IMG/VR virus record: IMGVR_UViG_3300032323_003671 | Coordinates: 1 to 64,000 of that record | Reading direction: 5' to 3' (one strand) | Origin: a virus | DNA length: 64,000 nucleotides | In this document: one piece after another, positions 47,596 to 57,860 of the stretch | Position numbering within the stretch: position 1 is the stretch's first letter | Layout: each line of letters starts with the position of its first letter | Notes under the pieces: generated by a model | Database searches by the model: none | What the model saw: only the letters and a program-made list of their open reading frames with translations | Told to the model about the DNA's origin: nothing | Translations under genes and position numbers: made by a program

Positions 47596-50124
47596 ATGTC
47601 AAGTAGGTCATTTGGTTTTTCTGGTGGAAATAGTGGCAGTGGCCCAGTTCCTCCAGGTGGTGTAGTAATATTAGGTGCAGGTGCAGGATCATCCGAAAGA
47701 TGTGGTAATAGTAATTCCGCATCGGGTGCTTATGCAACTGGATTAGGTCGTTGTAATAATGCCTCAGGAGATTTTTCAACTATCAGTGGCGGTTATTCTC
47801 ATTCTGCTAGTGGATGCTATGCTACAATCAGTGGCGGTTACAATAATAATGCTAGTGCCTATTCAACTACAGTTGGAGGTGGTGCATTTAACACTTCATC
47901 AGCATTTGGTTCAACTGTATCAGGAGGAAGGGCAAACACAGCGAGTTCTTTGTATGGATACATAGGTGCTGGTTTTGCGAATACTGTATCAGGAAACTAT
48001 GCCTTAATAAGTGGCGGTAAATTTAATACATCTAGCTGTTATGCATCGGTTGTTGCAGGTGGATATGGTAACGATGCTACAAATTGTTTTTCTGCAATAG
48101 GTGGCGGTTTAGACAACACATCTTCTGGTTGCGTTTCATTTGTTGGTGGCGGTAAACAAAATAGTGCCAGTGGTCAATATAGTACTATTAGTGGTGGTTA
48201 CAATAATAACTCTAATTGTTATTCTTCTTCAGTAAATGGTGGTGCATTTAACACTGCAAATTCTTTTTATTCAGTTGCAACTGGTGGTAGAGGAAATACA
48301 GCTTCTGGTTTTTCAGCTACAGTTAGTGGATATTTTAATACATCCTCAAATGACTATGCTGTTGTATCTGGTGGTGCATTTAATACATCGAATGGAGTTC
48401 TATCCGCAATATTAGGAGGTTTACAAAATACAGCATGTGCAAATTATTCGGTTATAACTGGCGGTAGACAGAATGGTGCAAATGGAGGATATTCATTTAT
48501 AGGCAGCGGAAGACAAAATACAACCAGTGGTGATTATTCAGTAGTAACTGGTGGAACTTTAAATCGTGCAACTGCTAATTGTAGTGCTGTAGTTGGTGGT
48601 GCATTTAATTGTGCTTCTGCAGACTTCGCATTTATTGGTGGCGGTGGACGGAATACGATATCTGCTTTTCAATCAACTATTTCAGGAGGTTATTGCAATA
48701 ATATATGTTCTGGTTCTCAATGGTCTACAATTGCAGGCGGTTGTTGCAATTTAGTTGATCCTAATTCATCAGTTTCAACAATTGGTGGGGGTTCATGTAA
48801 TGAAACAGGTAATGCTTATTCAACAATAAGTGGAGGATACAAAAACTTTGCGTTTGGTATTTATTCAAAAATTGGTGGTGGTAGACAAAATAGTGCCAGT
48901 GGTCAATATAGTACTATTGGTGGCGGTGGTGGTAATCCTGTTATTGGTTACGGAGGCAACGCAGCCTTTGGTGGTCATTCAACTATTGGTGGAGGACATA
49001 GTAACAGTACTTCAGGATATTATGCTACCATTGGAGGTGGTTATTGTAACCAAGCAACAACTACTTCAGCAACAATAAATGGCGGTAATCGAAATACAGC
49101 CTCTTCCTACGCATCATTTATTGGTAGTGGTACTCGGAACACAGCATCGGGAGATAATTCTATTGTGGTTGGTGGTTTTCTAAATCAATCTACTGGTGAG
49201 CAAGCTAGTATAGTTGGGGGTAGATTTAATTCTGCAACAAGCCCATATAGTTCAATTGTTAATGGTTTAGCAAATTCAATTCAAACTACAGACCCTAATT
49301 TCCTTGGTGGTAATTACTATTCTCATATTAGTTCAGGTTGTTGTAATACAATATGTACATTTATAAATGATTCAAATCCTCTATTACTTAATAGTTATTA
49401 TGATTCTTCTTTTATTGGAGGTGGTAGAAATAATATAATTCGTAACACAATTAGCTCATATTATGGAAGTTGTTTTAATACTTTTTCTTTATCTCATGTC
49501 ATTTCTGGAGGTAATTTAAATAGAATTGATATTAATACACTTCCGTTTCTTGGAAATTTTAGATATTATCCATCTACAATATCAGGTGGATATAATAACA
49601 TTATCCAAATGCCTAATTTTGGTATTTTAAATGGATCTACAATTGGTGGTGGATTATGTAACTCAATTGATTCTGCTTCTTATGCTACAATTGGAGGTGG
49701 TAGATCTAATTGTATGAGTTATATAATGGGATCTCCTGACTATTCAACAATATCAGGTGGTTATGCCAATTCTTCTGTTAATTCTTGTAATGCTATTTCA
49801 GGTGGTGCATTCAACACAATTTCAGGAAGTAGATCAGTAATTGGTGGAGGTAATAATAATACAATTTCAGCATATACAAGTTTTATCGGTGGTGGTGTTA
49901 TTAATACAATTTCAGGAACATACTTATCTGGTATCTTAGGTGGTGGATTTAACACAATTAGTGGTTACAATAATGCTTTTATAGTTGGTTCAAATATTGT
50001 AGCTGATAGATCATGTACAACATTTGTGAATAACCTTTCAATAAAAAATATTCCAACAAGTGCTGCTGGTTTACCTTCAGGATCAGTATGGGCAAATGGT
50101 ACTATTTTAGAAATTGTACCGTAA
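47596..50124 (+). CDS. glycine-rich repeat fibre/spike protein
   Basis: Many ~15-aa S-x-I-x-GG-x-x-N-x-A repeats. Confidence 0.75.
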   Translation: MSSRSFGFSGGNSGSGPVPPGGVVILGAGAGSSERCGNSNSASGAYATGLGRCNNASGDFSTISGGYSHSASGCYATISGGYNNNASAYSTTVGGGAFNTSSAFGSTVSGGRANTASSLYGYIGAGFANTVSGNYALISGGKFNTSSCYASVVAGGYGNDATNCFSAIGGGLDNTSSGCVSFVGGGKQNSASGQYSTISGGYNNNSNCYSSSVNGGAFNTANSFYSVATGGRGNTASGFSATVSGYFNTSSNDYAVVSGGAFNTSNGVLSAILGGLQNTACANYSVITGGRQNGANGGYSFIGSGRQNTTSGDYSVVTGGTLNRATANCSAVVGGAFNCASADFAFIGGGGRNTISAFQSTISGGYCNNICSGSQWSTIAGGCCNLVDPNSSVSTIGGGSCNETGNAYSTISGGYKNFAFGIYSKIGGGRQNSASGQYSTIGGGGGNPVIGYGGNAAFGGHSTIGGGHSNSTSGYYATIGGGYCNQATTTSATINGGNRNTASSYASFIGSGTRNTASGDNSIVVGGFLNQSTGEQASIVGGRFNSATSPYSSIVNGLANSIQTTDPNFLGGNYYSHISSGCCNTICTFINDSNPLLLNSYYDSSFIGGGRNNIIRNTISSYYGSCFNTFSLSHVISGGNLNRIDINTLPFLGNFRYYPSTISGGYNNIIQMPNFGILNGSTIGGGLCNSIDSASYATIGGGRSNCMSYIMGSPDYSTISGGYANSSVNSCNAISGGAFNTISGSRSVIGGGNNNTISAYTSFIGGGVINTISGTYLSGILGGGFNTISGYNNAFIVGSNIVADRSCTTFVNNLSIKNIPTSAAGLPSGSVWANGTILEIVP

Positions 50125-50135
50125 AACATTGTATA

Positions 50136-50600
50136 ATGAAACTAAGTAATAATTTTTGGTTAATTGAATTCACTAGAAGTGATTTAGCTAAACGCCTTGG
50201 CATTAGTAATCAACCTACCAAAGCGCATTTAGAAAATATCAAATTACTTTGTGAAAAGGTTTTAGAACCGATTCGAGAACACTTTGATACTCCTATTTAT
50301 ATTAGTTCGGGATATAGATCGATAGAACTAAATAAGAAAACTCCTGGTGCATCTACTACTTCTCAACATTCAAGTGGAGAGGCAGCAGATATCGATATGG
50401 ATGGTAGCATCATTTCAAATGCGGATGTCTTTAATTACATAAAAGAAAATCTAGAGTTTGATCAACTTATCTGGGAATTTGGTACAGATACAAATCCTGA
50501 TTGGGTTCATGTATCCTTTGAATCCTCAGGTAAACAACGTAAACAAATTCTTAAAGCGGTTAAATCAGGCGGAAAGAAATTTTATAGAAAGTTTAAATAA
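50136..50600 (+). CDS. M15A peptidase (endolysin)
   Basis: SSGYRS..LN...SQHSSGEAADI...DQLIWE...WVHVS; likely start ATG 50136. Confidence 0.9.
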   Translation: MKLSNNFWLIEFTRSDLAKRLGISNQPTKAHLENIKLLCEKVLEPIREHFDTPIYISSGYRSIELNKKTPGASTTSQHSSGEAADIDMDGSIISNADVFNYIKENLEFDQLIWEFGTDTNPDWVHVSFESSGKQRKQILKAVKSGGKKFYRKFK

Positions 50601-50630
50601 AATACTACTTTTATGTTCAAATAATAAAAA

Positions 50631-50963
50631 ATGGCAAACGAAACTCAAACTTGGAACACTATTCACATCTTTGGTTATGGTGAAACTCAAATCATCGGCA
50701 AAGATTTAAATAAAAAAGTACCTACATCTGTTTTGACTACAGTTCAAGCGGTTGTGGATAATGTATATTCTTTCAAACCAGAAGGAAACACAGCGACAGA
50801 AGAATATCATGCTGTAAATATCTTTAACACTATGTTTGCTGATTGGCAAACAAAACAACAAGGCGTTCAGGGTTGGAGAGTTCAATATGCTGATCTTGAT
50901 AGTGCGGCAATTGAAGCACTTGCAGCAGAAATCGTTGCATACGTAGCACCAGTTACAGAGTAA
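50631..50963 (+). CDS. hypothetical protein
   Basis: 110-aa ORF. Confidence 0.7.
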   Translation: MANETQTWNTIHIFGYGETQIIGKDLNKKVPTSVLTTVQAVVDNVYSFKPEGNTATEEYHAVNIFNTMFADWQTKQQGVQGWRVQYADLDSAAIEALAAEIVAYVAPVTE

Positions 50964-50988
50964 TAAACTACACATCAAATAAATAAGT

Positions 50989-51933
50989 ATGAAAAACATC
51001 ATTTTCAAAATTGATGGTGGGATTGGTAAATCCATCATGGCAACTGCAGTTTGTGAGGCAATTAAGAAACAATATCCAAACGATAAATTAATTGTTATCA
51101 CAGCCTATCCAGACGTATTTCTTTGCAATCCAAATGTAGATAAGTGTTATACACATAACAACTTATTCTACTTTTATCAGGATTTTGTAGACAATAAGTC
51201 TATTCGTGCATTCTTGCATGATCCTTATTTAGAGACATCTTTCATTAAAAGAGAGTGTCATTTAATTGAAACATGGTGTTCAATGTTTTCTATTAAATAC
51301 AATGGAGAACAACCAAAATTATATTTGACTGATAGAGAGGTTAATTTCTATGCAAATCAATTTGCATCTGACAAGCCAATTTTCTTGATTCAAACAAATG
51401 GGGGTGGTGCAGAACAAGGAATTAAATATTCTTGGTCTAGAGACATTCCTCAACAAGCTGCACAACAAATTGTCAATCATTATGCAAGTAATGGTTTCAA
51501 TGTAGTGCATATTCGTAGAGAAGACCAATTAGCATTACAGAATACCACTCCAGTATCTGCAGATTTTCGTGCAATTGCATCTTTGATAAAATTGTCAAGT
51601 GTTCGTCTATTCATGGATAGTTTTGCTCAACACGCAGCAGCAGCACTTGAATTACCAAGTACTGTTCTTTGGATTGCAAATACTCCAGAACAATTTGGAT
51701 ACAATATCCATAGCAATATCATTGCGAACAAAGAAACTGCAACTCCAGAATTGAAAAATTCAGTATTTTCTAGATACAATATTGCAGGTGGCCTTTTAGA
51801 ATTCCCATACAACTCTGAATCAGAAATTTTCGACTTAGAAAAAGTTGTAAAGTCTATCGATGATTTTATCAATCCAGTAGAAACTGAAATTGAAGAAGTA
51901 CAATTACCGAAGAAAAAATTAAATTCTAAATAA
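50989..51933 (+). CDS. GT9-like glycosyltransferase
   Basis: GGIG..IMATAV...IKKQYP...F..NPNVD...DSFAQHAAAAL..PS.VLW. Confidence 0.8.
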   Translation: MKNIIFKIDGGIGKSIMATAVCEAIKKQYPNDKLIVITAYPDVFLCNPNVDKCYTHNNLFYFYQDFVDNKSIRAFLHDPYLETSFIKRECHLIETWCSMFSIKYNGEQPKLYLTDREVNFYANQFASDKPIFLIQTNGGGAEQGIKYSWSRDIPQQAAQQIVNHYASNGFNVVHIRREDQLALQNTTPVSADFRAIASLIKLSSVRLFMDSFAQHAAAALELPSTVLWIANTPEQFGYNIHSNIIANKETATPELKNSVFSRYNIAGGLLEFPYNSESEIFDLEKVVKSIDDFINPVETEIEEVQLPKKKLNSK

Positions 51934-51939
51934 TTCGTT

Positions 51940-52764
51940 ATGCCGAAAAAGATTTTTTTTCAGTCTAGCATGCCTAGATCGGGTTCTACTATTTTACAAA
52001 ATATCGTAGGTCAAAATCCTAACTTTTATGTTACGCCAACATCAGGTGTTTTGGAATTAGTTTTTGGTGCTAGAGCCAACTATACAACTTCTCCAGAATT
52101 CAAAGCGCAAGATTCTGAATTGATGGCCAAAGCATTTAAGAATTTTTGTGTTCAAGGAATAAATGGTTTTTACGATGGTATTACTGACAAACCTTATGTT
52201 TTAGACAAAAGCAGAGGTTGGGGAGTTTATCGACCTTTTTTAGATGAATTCTATCCTGATCCTAAAATCATTTGCATGGTTAGGGATTTAAGAAGTGTTT
52301 TGGCTTCTTATGAAAAAATATATCGAAAGTCTCAACTGAAACATGATCCTATTCGTGATGATGCCTCAGCTAGGGGTACTACAGTACACAAACGTATTGA
52401 TGAATGGGTAAATCCTCAGAATACGATTGGTCGTGCAGTAGAGCGTATTTTTGAAATGATTCGACTTGGATATGATGATAAGATTCTATTTGTAAAATTT
52501 GAGGATCTAGCACTTTATCCAGACTTGGAGATGAAACGTATCTATAACTACTTAGGTTTAGATTATTTCGAACATGATTTTGATAATATTCAACAAATTA
52601 CCAAAGAAGACGATGCAGTTTACGGACTGACATCCGATTTACATACAATTAAGCCAAGATTAGAACCTTTGAAAAAGGATTTCAAAGAAATTCTTGGTAA
52701 AGATATTTGTGATTGGATTCAAAATAATTATTCCTGGTATCAAGAAAAATTCAATTATAGATAA
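51940..52764 (+). CDS. sulfotransferase
   Basis: PAPS-binding MPRSGST, DKSR.W, KIICMVRD...LAS, FEDL..P. Confidence 0.9.
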   Translation: MPKKIFFQSSMPRSGSTILQNIVGQNPNFYVTPTSGVLELVFGARANYTTSPEFKAQDSELMAKAFKNFCVQGINGFYDGITDKPYVLDKSRGWGVYRPFLDEFYPDPKIICMVRDLRSVLASYEKIYRKSQLKHDPIRDDASARGTTVHKRIDEWVNPQNTIGRAVERIFEMIRLGYDDKILFVKFEDLALYPDLEMKRIYNYLGLDYFEHDFDNIQQITKEDDAVYGLTSDLHTIKPRLEPLKKDFKEILGKDICDWIQNNYSWYQEKFNYR

Positions 52765-52798
52765 TTACTATCTTTGAAAGAATTAAATACTTAACACT

Positions 52799-53065
52799 AT
52801 GGGAGTTTCTCAAAACATTTGGACATATAAATTATCAGCAGGTACATTGAACATTGATTCAAACTATGGATTACTTGTAATTTCAATCATACTTGAATCT
52901 GGTACAGGTACAGTTACGGGGACTGCCCTTTTAAATGGTGTGGCATCAACTCCAATAGATCTTGCAGTAGGTGTTCCTTTGACTATTTCAACAGATGGAA
53001 ACACAATTCTTGGAGACGTAAGTATTACTACAACAGGTGTAGTTTCTATTGTCGGTAGGTCTTAG
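52799..53065 (+). CDS. small beta-rich structural protein, paralog of 57006
   Basis: QNIWTYKL...ID..YGL..IS...STP..L.VG...TTGV..I.G shared. Confidence 0.75.
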   Translation: MGVSQNIWTYKLSAGTLNIDSNYGLLVISIILESGTGTVTGTALLNGVASTPIDLAVGVPLTISTDGNTILGDVSITTTGVVSIVGRS

Positions 53066-53180
53066 TGGTTAATTTTGAACAATTTAATTTCTGAATATTT
53101 CAATTCAGATGCTTTCGTATTTTCTATATTTGAAGAATAAATGTATTGAATTGTTTATTAATTAATTAAAACCGAAAAAA
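53062..53180 (+). promoter_or_regulatory. late promoter module, copy 3
   Basis: TTAGTGGTTAATTTTGAACAATTTAAT...TTCGTATT...TATATTTGAAGA...CGAAAAAAATG. Confidence 0.75.
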
Positions 53181-53558
53181 ATGCCAACAGTACAAGGAAC
53201 AAACTATCTTCGAGTAGCTACCACAGCAGTATTAGCAGATAGCACATACGATCTTACTTTGAAAGATAACAATGGTAACGTTTTCCCAAAAACAACCATT
53301 GAAATTAACACAACATTGGGTGATGGAGAGTTCAATCTTCCTTCAATTGCCTCTTTAGGTGCAGCAGCACAAAATTGTCAGGTAGTTATCGTAGTGGATA
53401 ACTCTACAAATGATGTAATTGTTGATCCTGCATTAACCGATAAAATCGGTGGTTTAGCAGCAGGCGCACCATACACTATTGCGGCAGGTGCAGCAGGTCA
53501 AAATATAGTTCTATATCCAGTGGATGGAACTACATGGGGATTTGTTTACACAGCATAA
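53181..53558 (+). CDS. small structural protein related to the N-terminal domain of spike 44306
   Basis: TIEINTTLGDGEFNLPSI vs TIICDTTLGPVQIELLEI; own promoter and hairpin terminator (53579-53608). Confidence 0.65.
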   Translation: MPTVQGTNYLRVATTAVLADSTYDLTLKDNNGNVFPKTTIEINTTLGDGEFNLPSIASLGAAAQNCQVVIVVDNSTNDVIVDPALTDKIGGLAAGAPYTIAAGAAGQNIVLYPVDGTTWGFVYTA

Positions 53559-53622
53559 TCTAAACATTCTAGAAAGCAAAGGTAGGTAGCAGAAATGTTA
53601 CCTACCTTATAATTCATTTTAC

Positions 53623-54432
53623 ATGAAGAACAAGAACATTCTTACTATTGCAGGTATTTTGATTGCTGGTTCGGCAATTTATTTTGGTATTAAATGGTAT
53701 CAAAAAAATCAAGAAGAAAAAAATCAATTACCTAAGCCAGATCCAGTTGTTACTCCTTCTGGTAATGGTACGGATTTAGCTCCGAGCGATGTGGAAAATC
53801 CATTCTTAAATATTGACGAAGTAAAAGCGTTTCAAGATTGGATGGATGCAAAGCACCCTAATTGGGTAAATGGTAAGAATTTAAATAAAGGTGCAGGATA
53901 TGGTAATTTTGGCCCAGCTACAAAGGCAGCCTTTACTACTTATGGTGCTGAATACCTTAAATCATTACAACCAGCACCTGCTCAATTGTCTGAGAATCAG
54001 AAAAAAGATATTCAGACTATCATGGCTCATGGAACTGGAGATAAATCAAAAGAATCATATTTAAAAGCAACAATTGCAAAGTATCCTAACTACACTGCTA
54101 ATTGGGCTAATTCAATTCGTAGAAGAATAGAAACTAATGGCCAACAAGGAACAACTTTCCTTTTTGCTAATCAGATTTATGAATCTTTTTCTGGAAACAG
54201 AATCTATCGTGGCACTTTGCTAGGTAAAAAGCCAGAAGTAAAGGCTAACGCTAAATTGCGTAGAGAATCTAAATGGAATACAAGCACTCAACCTGTAGGT
54301 GTAGGTGCAGACTTAGGTAAAGTCAAAGGTTATTTTTACAATAAAAATGACAAGGCTTTATTTGTCTATGTTCCAGACCAAAATAAATCCCTAACAAATA
54401 AATGGATTTGGGTAGGATCAATAAAATTTTAA
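53623..54432 (+). CDS. membrane-anchored protein with peptidoglycan-binding-like domain
   Basis: N-terminal TM; VKAFQDWM...GNFGPATKAA. Confidence 0.6.
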   Translation: MKNKNILTIAGILIAGSAIYFGIKWYQKNQEEKNQLPKPDPVVTPSGNGTDLAPSDVENPFLNIDEVKAFQDWMDAKHPNWVNGKNLNKGAGYGNFGPATKAAFTTYGAEYLKSLQPAPAQLSENQKKDIQTIMAHGTGDKSKESYLKATIAKYPNYTANWANSIRRRIETNGQQGTTFLFANQIYESFSGNRIYRGTLLGKKPEVKANAKLRRESKWNTSTQPVGVGADLGKVKGYFYNKNDKALFVYVPDQNKSLTNKWIWVGSIKF

Positions 54433-54433
54433 T

Positions 54434-54985
54434 ATGAGAGAGCAAGAAATTAGACCAGTTCGTTTTATGGTGGCCAATGGATTTTCTGAGTTACGTCCGC
54501 CAACAATTTATGGTGATGTATCTCCGATGTCCGCATTTGATGGAGAACCTATCAATGATACAGAATTCCCATTCACTGAGGAAATTATGCTTGAATTTTC
54601 AAATGCCGATGGTAAAGCTAGACGTGCTAAAAGACGTTCTGCTCGATCAGATAAAAAGCAAGGTAAGGCTAGTGCCAAAAAAGACCGCCAATCAGATAGA
54701 TCAGCTGCTAGAAAACAGCGTGCTGATATTCGTGAAAGAAGAATGTCTTTGAAAGAAAAAGAACAAGCAACACAAGCGGAAGTTGCTAAGAAAATCGGTG
54801 AACAATCTCCTGAAGAAATTGCTTTGATGAATCAAATTGCTAGTCAAGGTACTACCAAAAGTGAAACCGCACCAAAAGTAGGCATGAGTAAAGGTCTTAA
54901 AATTGGCCTTATTGCTGGATCCGTTGCTGTTTTGACAATTGTAGTCATTGCCATTGTTAAATCCCGTAAAAAATCTAAAAAATGA
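54434..54985 (+). CDS. basic putative virion membrane protein, related to 39211
   Basis: FSNADG plus R/K tract; C-terminal TM. Confidence 0.75.
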   Translation: MREQEIRPVRFMVANGFSELRPPTIYGDVSPMSAFDGEPINDTEFPFTEEIMLEFSNADGKARRAKRRSARSDKKQGKASAKKDRQSDRSAARKQRADIRERRMSLKEKEQATQAEVAKKIGEQSPEEIALMNQIASQGTTKSETAPKVGMSKGLKIGLIAGSVAVLTIVVIAIVKSRKKSKK

Positions 54986-55665
54986 TTGAAGTAAACACAG
55001 CTCGTCCAGTATATTCTAATGCTATAGGTGATAAATTAAAAAGATCACCAGAAAAAAAAGCCAAAACTCAGGAGAATAGAGCCGAACGTGCGGAAAAAAG
55101 AAGTGGTCGTAAGGCAAAAAGAAATGCCAAGAAACTTATCCGCATGGAAAATAAAGGCAAAAAGAAGTTTTTCTATCCTTTAACAAAGATTTTTGGCAAA
55201 AAGAAAAAGTACAAAGATGGATCAACAATTGAAGTTCCTGCCGAAAATACAGTTGTAGTTTCAACCAAAGATGGTAAAACAGCATCTTTGGATAAAACAG
55301 AGATTGCAAAAGCACTCAATATTCCTGAAAGCCAGGTTACGCCAGCAAAAGTTCAAGAAGTTGTTGTGAATGTACCACAAGCAAGTGCAGGCCCAGCAGC
55401 AAACGAAACAGGAACTCCAGTAGGTGAGCCAGTTCTTGCAATTCCAATAAAAGATGAAGATGTAATCATTACAGACGATGGTTCAGCGTATTTATCTGAT
55501 GATACTCAATCTCAGGATGAAAAATTGAAAAATGTTGCCGATGATGATAAAGAAGCACAGAAAAAAATTAAAATCGGAAAAATTTTATTGATTTCTGGTG
55601 TTGTAATCGTTGTTTTAGGTGCAGTCGTTTACTTTATGAATAAAGATTCAAAAGCTGAAAAATAA
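54982..55665 (+). CDS. basic putative virion membrane protein, paralog of 42222
   Basis: RPVYSNAIG plus basic tract; C-terminal TM. Confidence 0.75.
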   Translation: MIEVNTARPVYSNAIGDKLKRSPEKKAKTQENRAERAEKRSGRKAKRNAKKLIRMENKGKKKFFYPLTKIFGKKKKYKDGSTIEVPAENTVVVSTKDGKTASLDKTEIAKALNIPESQVTPAKVQEVVVNVPQASAGPAANETGTPVGEPVLAIPIKDEDVIITDDGSAYLSDDTQSQDEKLKNVADDDKEAQKKIKIGKILLISGVVIVVLGAVVYFMNKDSKAEK

Positions 55666-55668
55666 ATC

Positions 55669-56031
55669 ATGGGAAAAGAAAAAGATTTGTTGGGTAATCC
55701 ATATAAGCAGTCTAATCCTACATTAAGTTTAGGATCAACATTAAGCATCAATACCCCTGCTCCAATCATCGGAACAAATGGTATTTCATACAAACCAGGT
55801 AAGTACACTACTCTTACAAATCCAGATTTAGGCAATCCTTTTAGAAAGAATCCATCAGGAAAAACAGATATGAGTTTAAAGAAACCTTCTGAAATGAAAA
55901 TGGATCGCAAAAAATCTGAAACCACTGATCAAACTCAGTCAAATACAATGGGTAAAACTACTACTTATGTAATCGTAGGGATACTTGCTGTAGTTGGAAT
56001 TAGTTTATTATTAAGAACAAATAATGAATAA
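55669..56031 (+). CDS. membrane protein (C-terminal TM)
   Basis: LGNP repeat; hydrophobic tail. Confidence 0.7.
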   Translation: MGKEKDLLGNPYKQSNPTLSLGSTLSINTPAPIIGTNGISYKPGKYTTLTNPDLGNPFRKNPSGKTDMSLKKPSEMKMDRKKSETTDQTQSNTMGKTTTYVIVGILAVVGISLLLRTNNE

Positions 56032-56043
56032 ATTTATTGAAAC

Positions 56044-56490
56044 ATGGAAACTATGTTTTATTTTAGAATTCAAAGTCGTATGAAAATGACCATTTTTTTA
56101 ACCATTATGTTCCCTCTAGTATCCATGTCATTTATTGCATCATATTGTTATGAAGCAACTTTACTTTATTGGCAAGAATACTTTGCCCTATCGATGGCTA
56201 TTGGTCTTGATGGATTTTTTGGGATGATTAATGGTATTAAGAAAGAAGGATTTAAATCTTTCAAGGCACTCAGAATCGGTAAATCATTCTTTTCTTGGAA
56301 TCTTATTCTAACTTCAATACTCATTACACAAAAAGCGTTTCCAGCAGCGTCTTGGCTTGATGAGACTTTTATTATTCCAGTAATCAGCTTCTTACTTATT
56401 TCCACTATTAAAAATGCAAGTCAGGCAGGTTTTATTAAGGCCGAACTTGTAAACGTAATCATGGAAAAAATTGACCAACATAAAAATTAA
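56044..56490 (+). CDS. putative holin
   Basis: Multiple TMs; LDGFFG...K.EGF.S...IS..KNA...G pattern of holin-4-like proteins. Confidence 0.65.
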   Translation: METMFYFRIQSRMKMTIFLTIMFPLVSMSFIASYCYEATLLYWQEYFALSMAIGLDGFFGMINGIKKEGFKSFKALRIGKSFFSWNLILTSILITQKAFPAASWLDETFIIPVISFLLISTIKNASQAGFIKAELVNVIMEKIDQHKN

Positions 56491-56493
56491 GCC

Positions 56494-57006
56494 ATGAAAT
56501 TCGAAAAAAAATACGCTATTGGTGCAGCTATTGGACTTGTTTCTTTAACAGGTTTTTATCTCTATACTCAGATCATGAAAGTCTTAAACTATCGCTTGGA
56601 TTTCAAGGGATTTAAGAACGTTTCTATCAATCAGAAAGGCATGTCCTTCACGATTGTATATGAGTATGAAAATAAAGCAAATATCAGCATCACTTTGGCA
56701 GAACAAAAGTATGAAGTGTATATTGATGGAGTGTATATTACGACATTGACAAACTTTGCACCAAATACTTTGTCGGGAAGCAAGCCTTCTCTTATTGAGG
56801 TGAATGTAAATCTTACGCTTGACGAACTCAAAAAAGTAAAATTACCTTGGGCTAGATTACTTCTTAAACCAGGTGAAGTTGAAGTAACCAATGTAATGCG
56901 TTGGAAAGTCAAATATGGCATTTTGAAAATTCCTTACAAATACACTTACAAAGTTTCTTTAAAAGAAATCATCGGATGGTACGTTCCGATTGTCAATAAG
57001 CTCTAA
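56494..57006 (+). CDS. LEA-2-like beta-sandwich protein with N-terminal TM
   Basis: ENKANISITL....YEVYIDG..I. Confidence 0.6.
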   Translation: MKFEKKYAIGAAIGLVSLTGFYLYTQIMKVLNYRLDFKGFKNVSINQKGMSFTIVYEYENKANISITLAEQKYEVYIDGVYITTLTNFAPNTLSGSKPSLIEVNVNLTLDELKKVKLPWARLLLKPGEVEVTNVMRWKVKYGILKIPYKYTYKVSLKEIIGWYVPIVNKL

Positions 57007-57275
57007 TGAATAGCATTGGCCAGACAATTTGGACGTATGAGCTAAACAATAATTCGATTTTAATTGATCGTACTTATGGTTTAACTATCATTTCATTTAC
57101 ATTAATTTCTGGTGCAGGATTTTATCAAGGTGCAAGTCTAGCCAATTCAATTGCTTCTACGCCTGTAAACCTAGTAGTAGGTCAAGCTGTAACCATTTGT
57201 AGTGATTCAAATAATCCATTAGATCAGTTTCTTATTTCCACAACTGGAGTAATTGCAATAATTGGAAAACAATAG
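57006..57275 (+). CDS. small beta-rich structural protein, paralog of 52799
   Basis: Similar to 52799-53065. Confidence 0.75.
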   Translation: MNSIGQTIWTYELNNNSILIDRTYGLTIISFTLISGAGFYQGASLANSIASTPVNLVVGQAVTICSDSNNPLDQFLISTTGVIAIIGKQ

Positions 57276-57277
57276 AT

Positions 57278-57790
57278 ATGTGTGATAGCTTTGGATTTGA
57301 TTCAATAAATTCTGGTTCAGCACCTGCAGCACAAAATATCTATGGTAGTTATTTTGATACTACTATTCAACAAGCATTAGTTATCAATACTCCTTATGCC
57401 ATGCTGCTAGATACGGTTGATGTGCAAAATGGCGTACAATTACTTGCTGGATCTCAAATAAAAGTATTCAATACTGGAGTTTATAATTTGCAATTCTCAG
57501 CACAATTATTTAGAACGGGAGGTGGTAATCCTGCATCTATCGATATTTGGATTCGGAAAAATGGAACTACAAACGTACCTCATTCAAACACTAAAGTTGA
57601 CATTCAATCAAATAGTGTATTTCTTGTAGCTGCATGGAATTGGTTTGTTTCTTTGAATGCAGGCGAATTTGTAGAAATAATGTGGTCAGTTACCGATAAT
57701 AGGATTCAACTTCAATCAGCACCAGAAAATTTAATAATTCCACATCCTGCAATCCCATCTTTGATTACGACTATCAATAAAGTTAGTTGA
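57278..57790 (+). CDS. C1q/BclA-C-like spike domain protein
   Basis: GVYNLQFSAQL...DIWIRKNG...AWNWFV.L.AG..VEIMW. Confidence 0.65.
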   Translation: MCDSFGFDSINSGSAPAAQNIYGSYFDTTIQQALVINTPYAMLLDTVDVQNGVQLLAGSQIKVFNTGVYNLQFSAQLFRTGGGNPASIDIWIRKNGTTNVPHSNTKVDIQSNSVFLVAAWNWFVSLNAGEFVEIMWSVTDNRIQLQSAPENLIIPHPAIPSLITTINKVS

Positions 57791-57860
57791 TTTTTTATAG
57801 TCAACTTTATTAACAATCTGATTTATTGAATTATATTTGTTCAAACTTAAATAAATAGAT

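Noticed and set aside
47596-50124. Repeats in the fibre gene as a CRISPR array or DGR template/variable pair
   Set aside because: In-frame protein repeats without spacers; differences are not adenine-specific and no reverse transcriptase is seen
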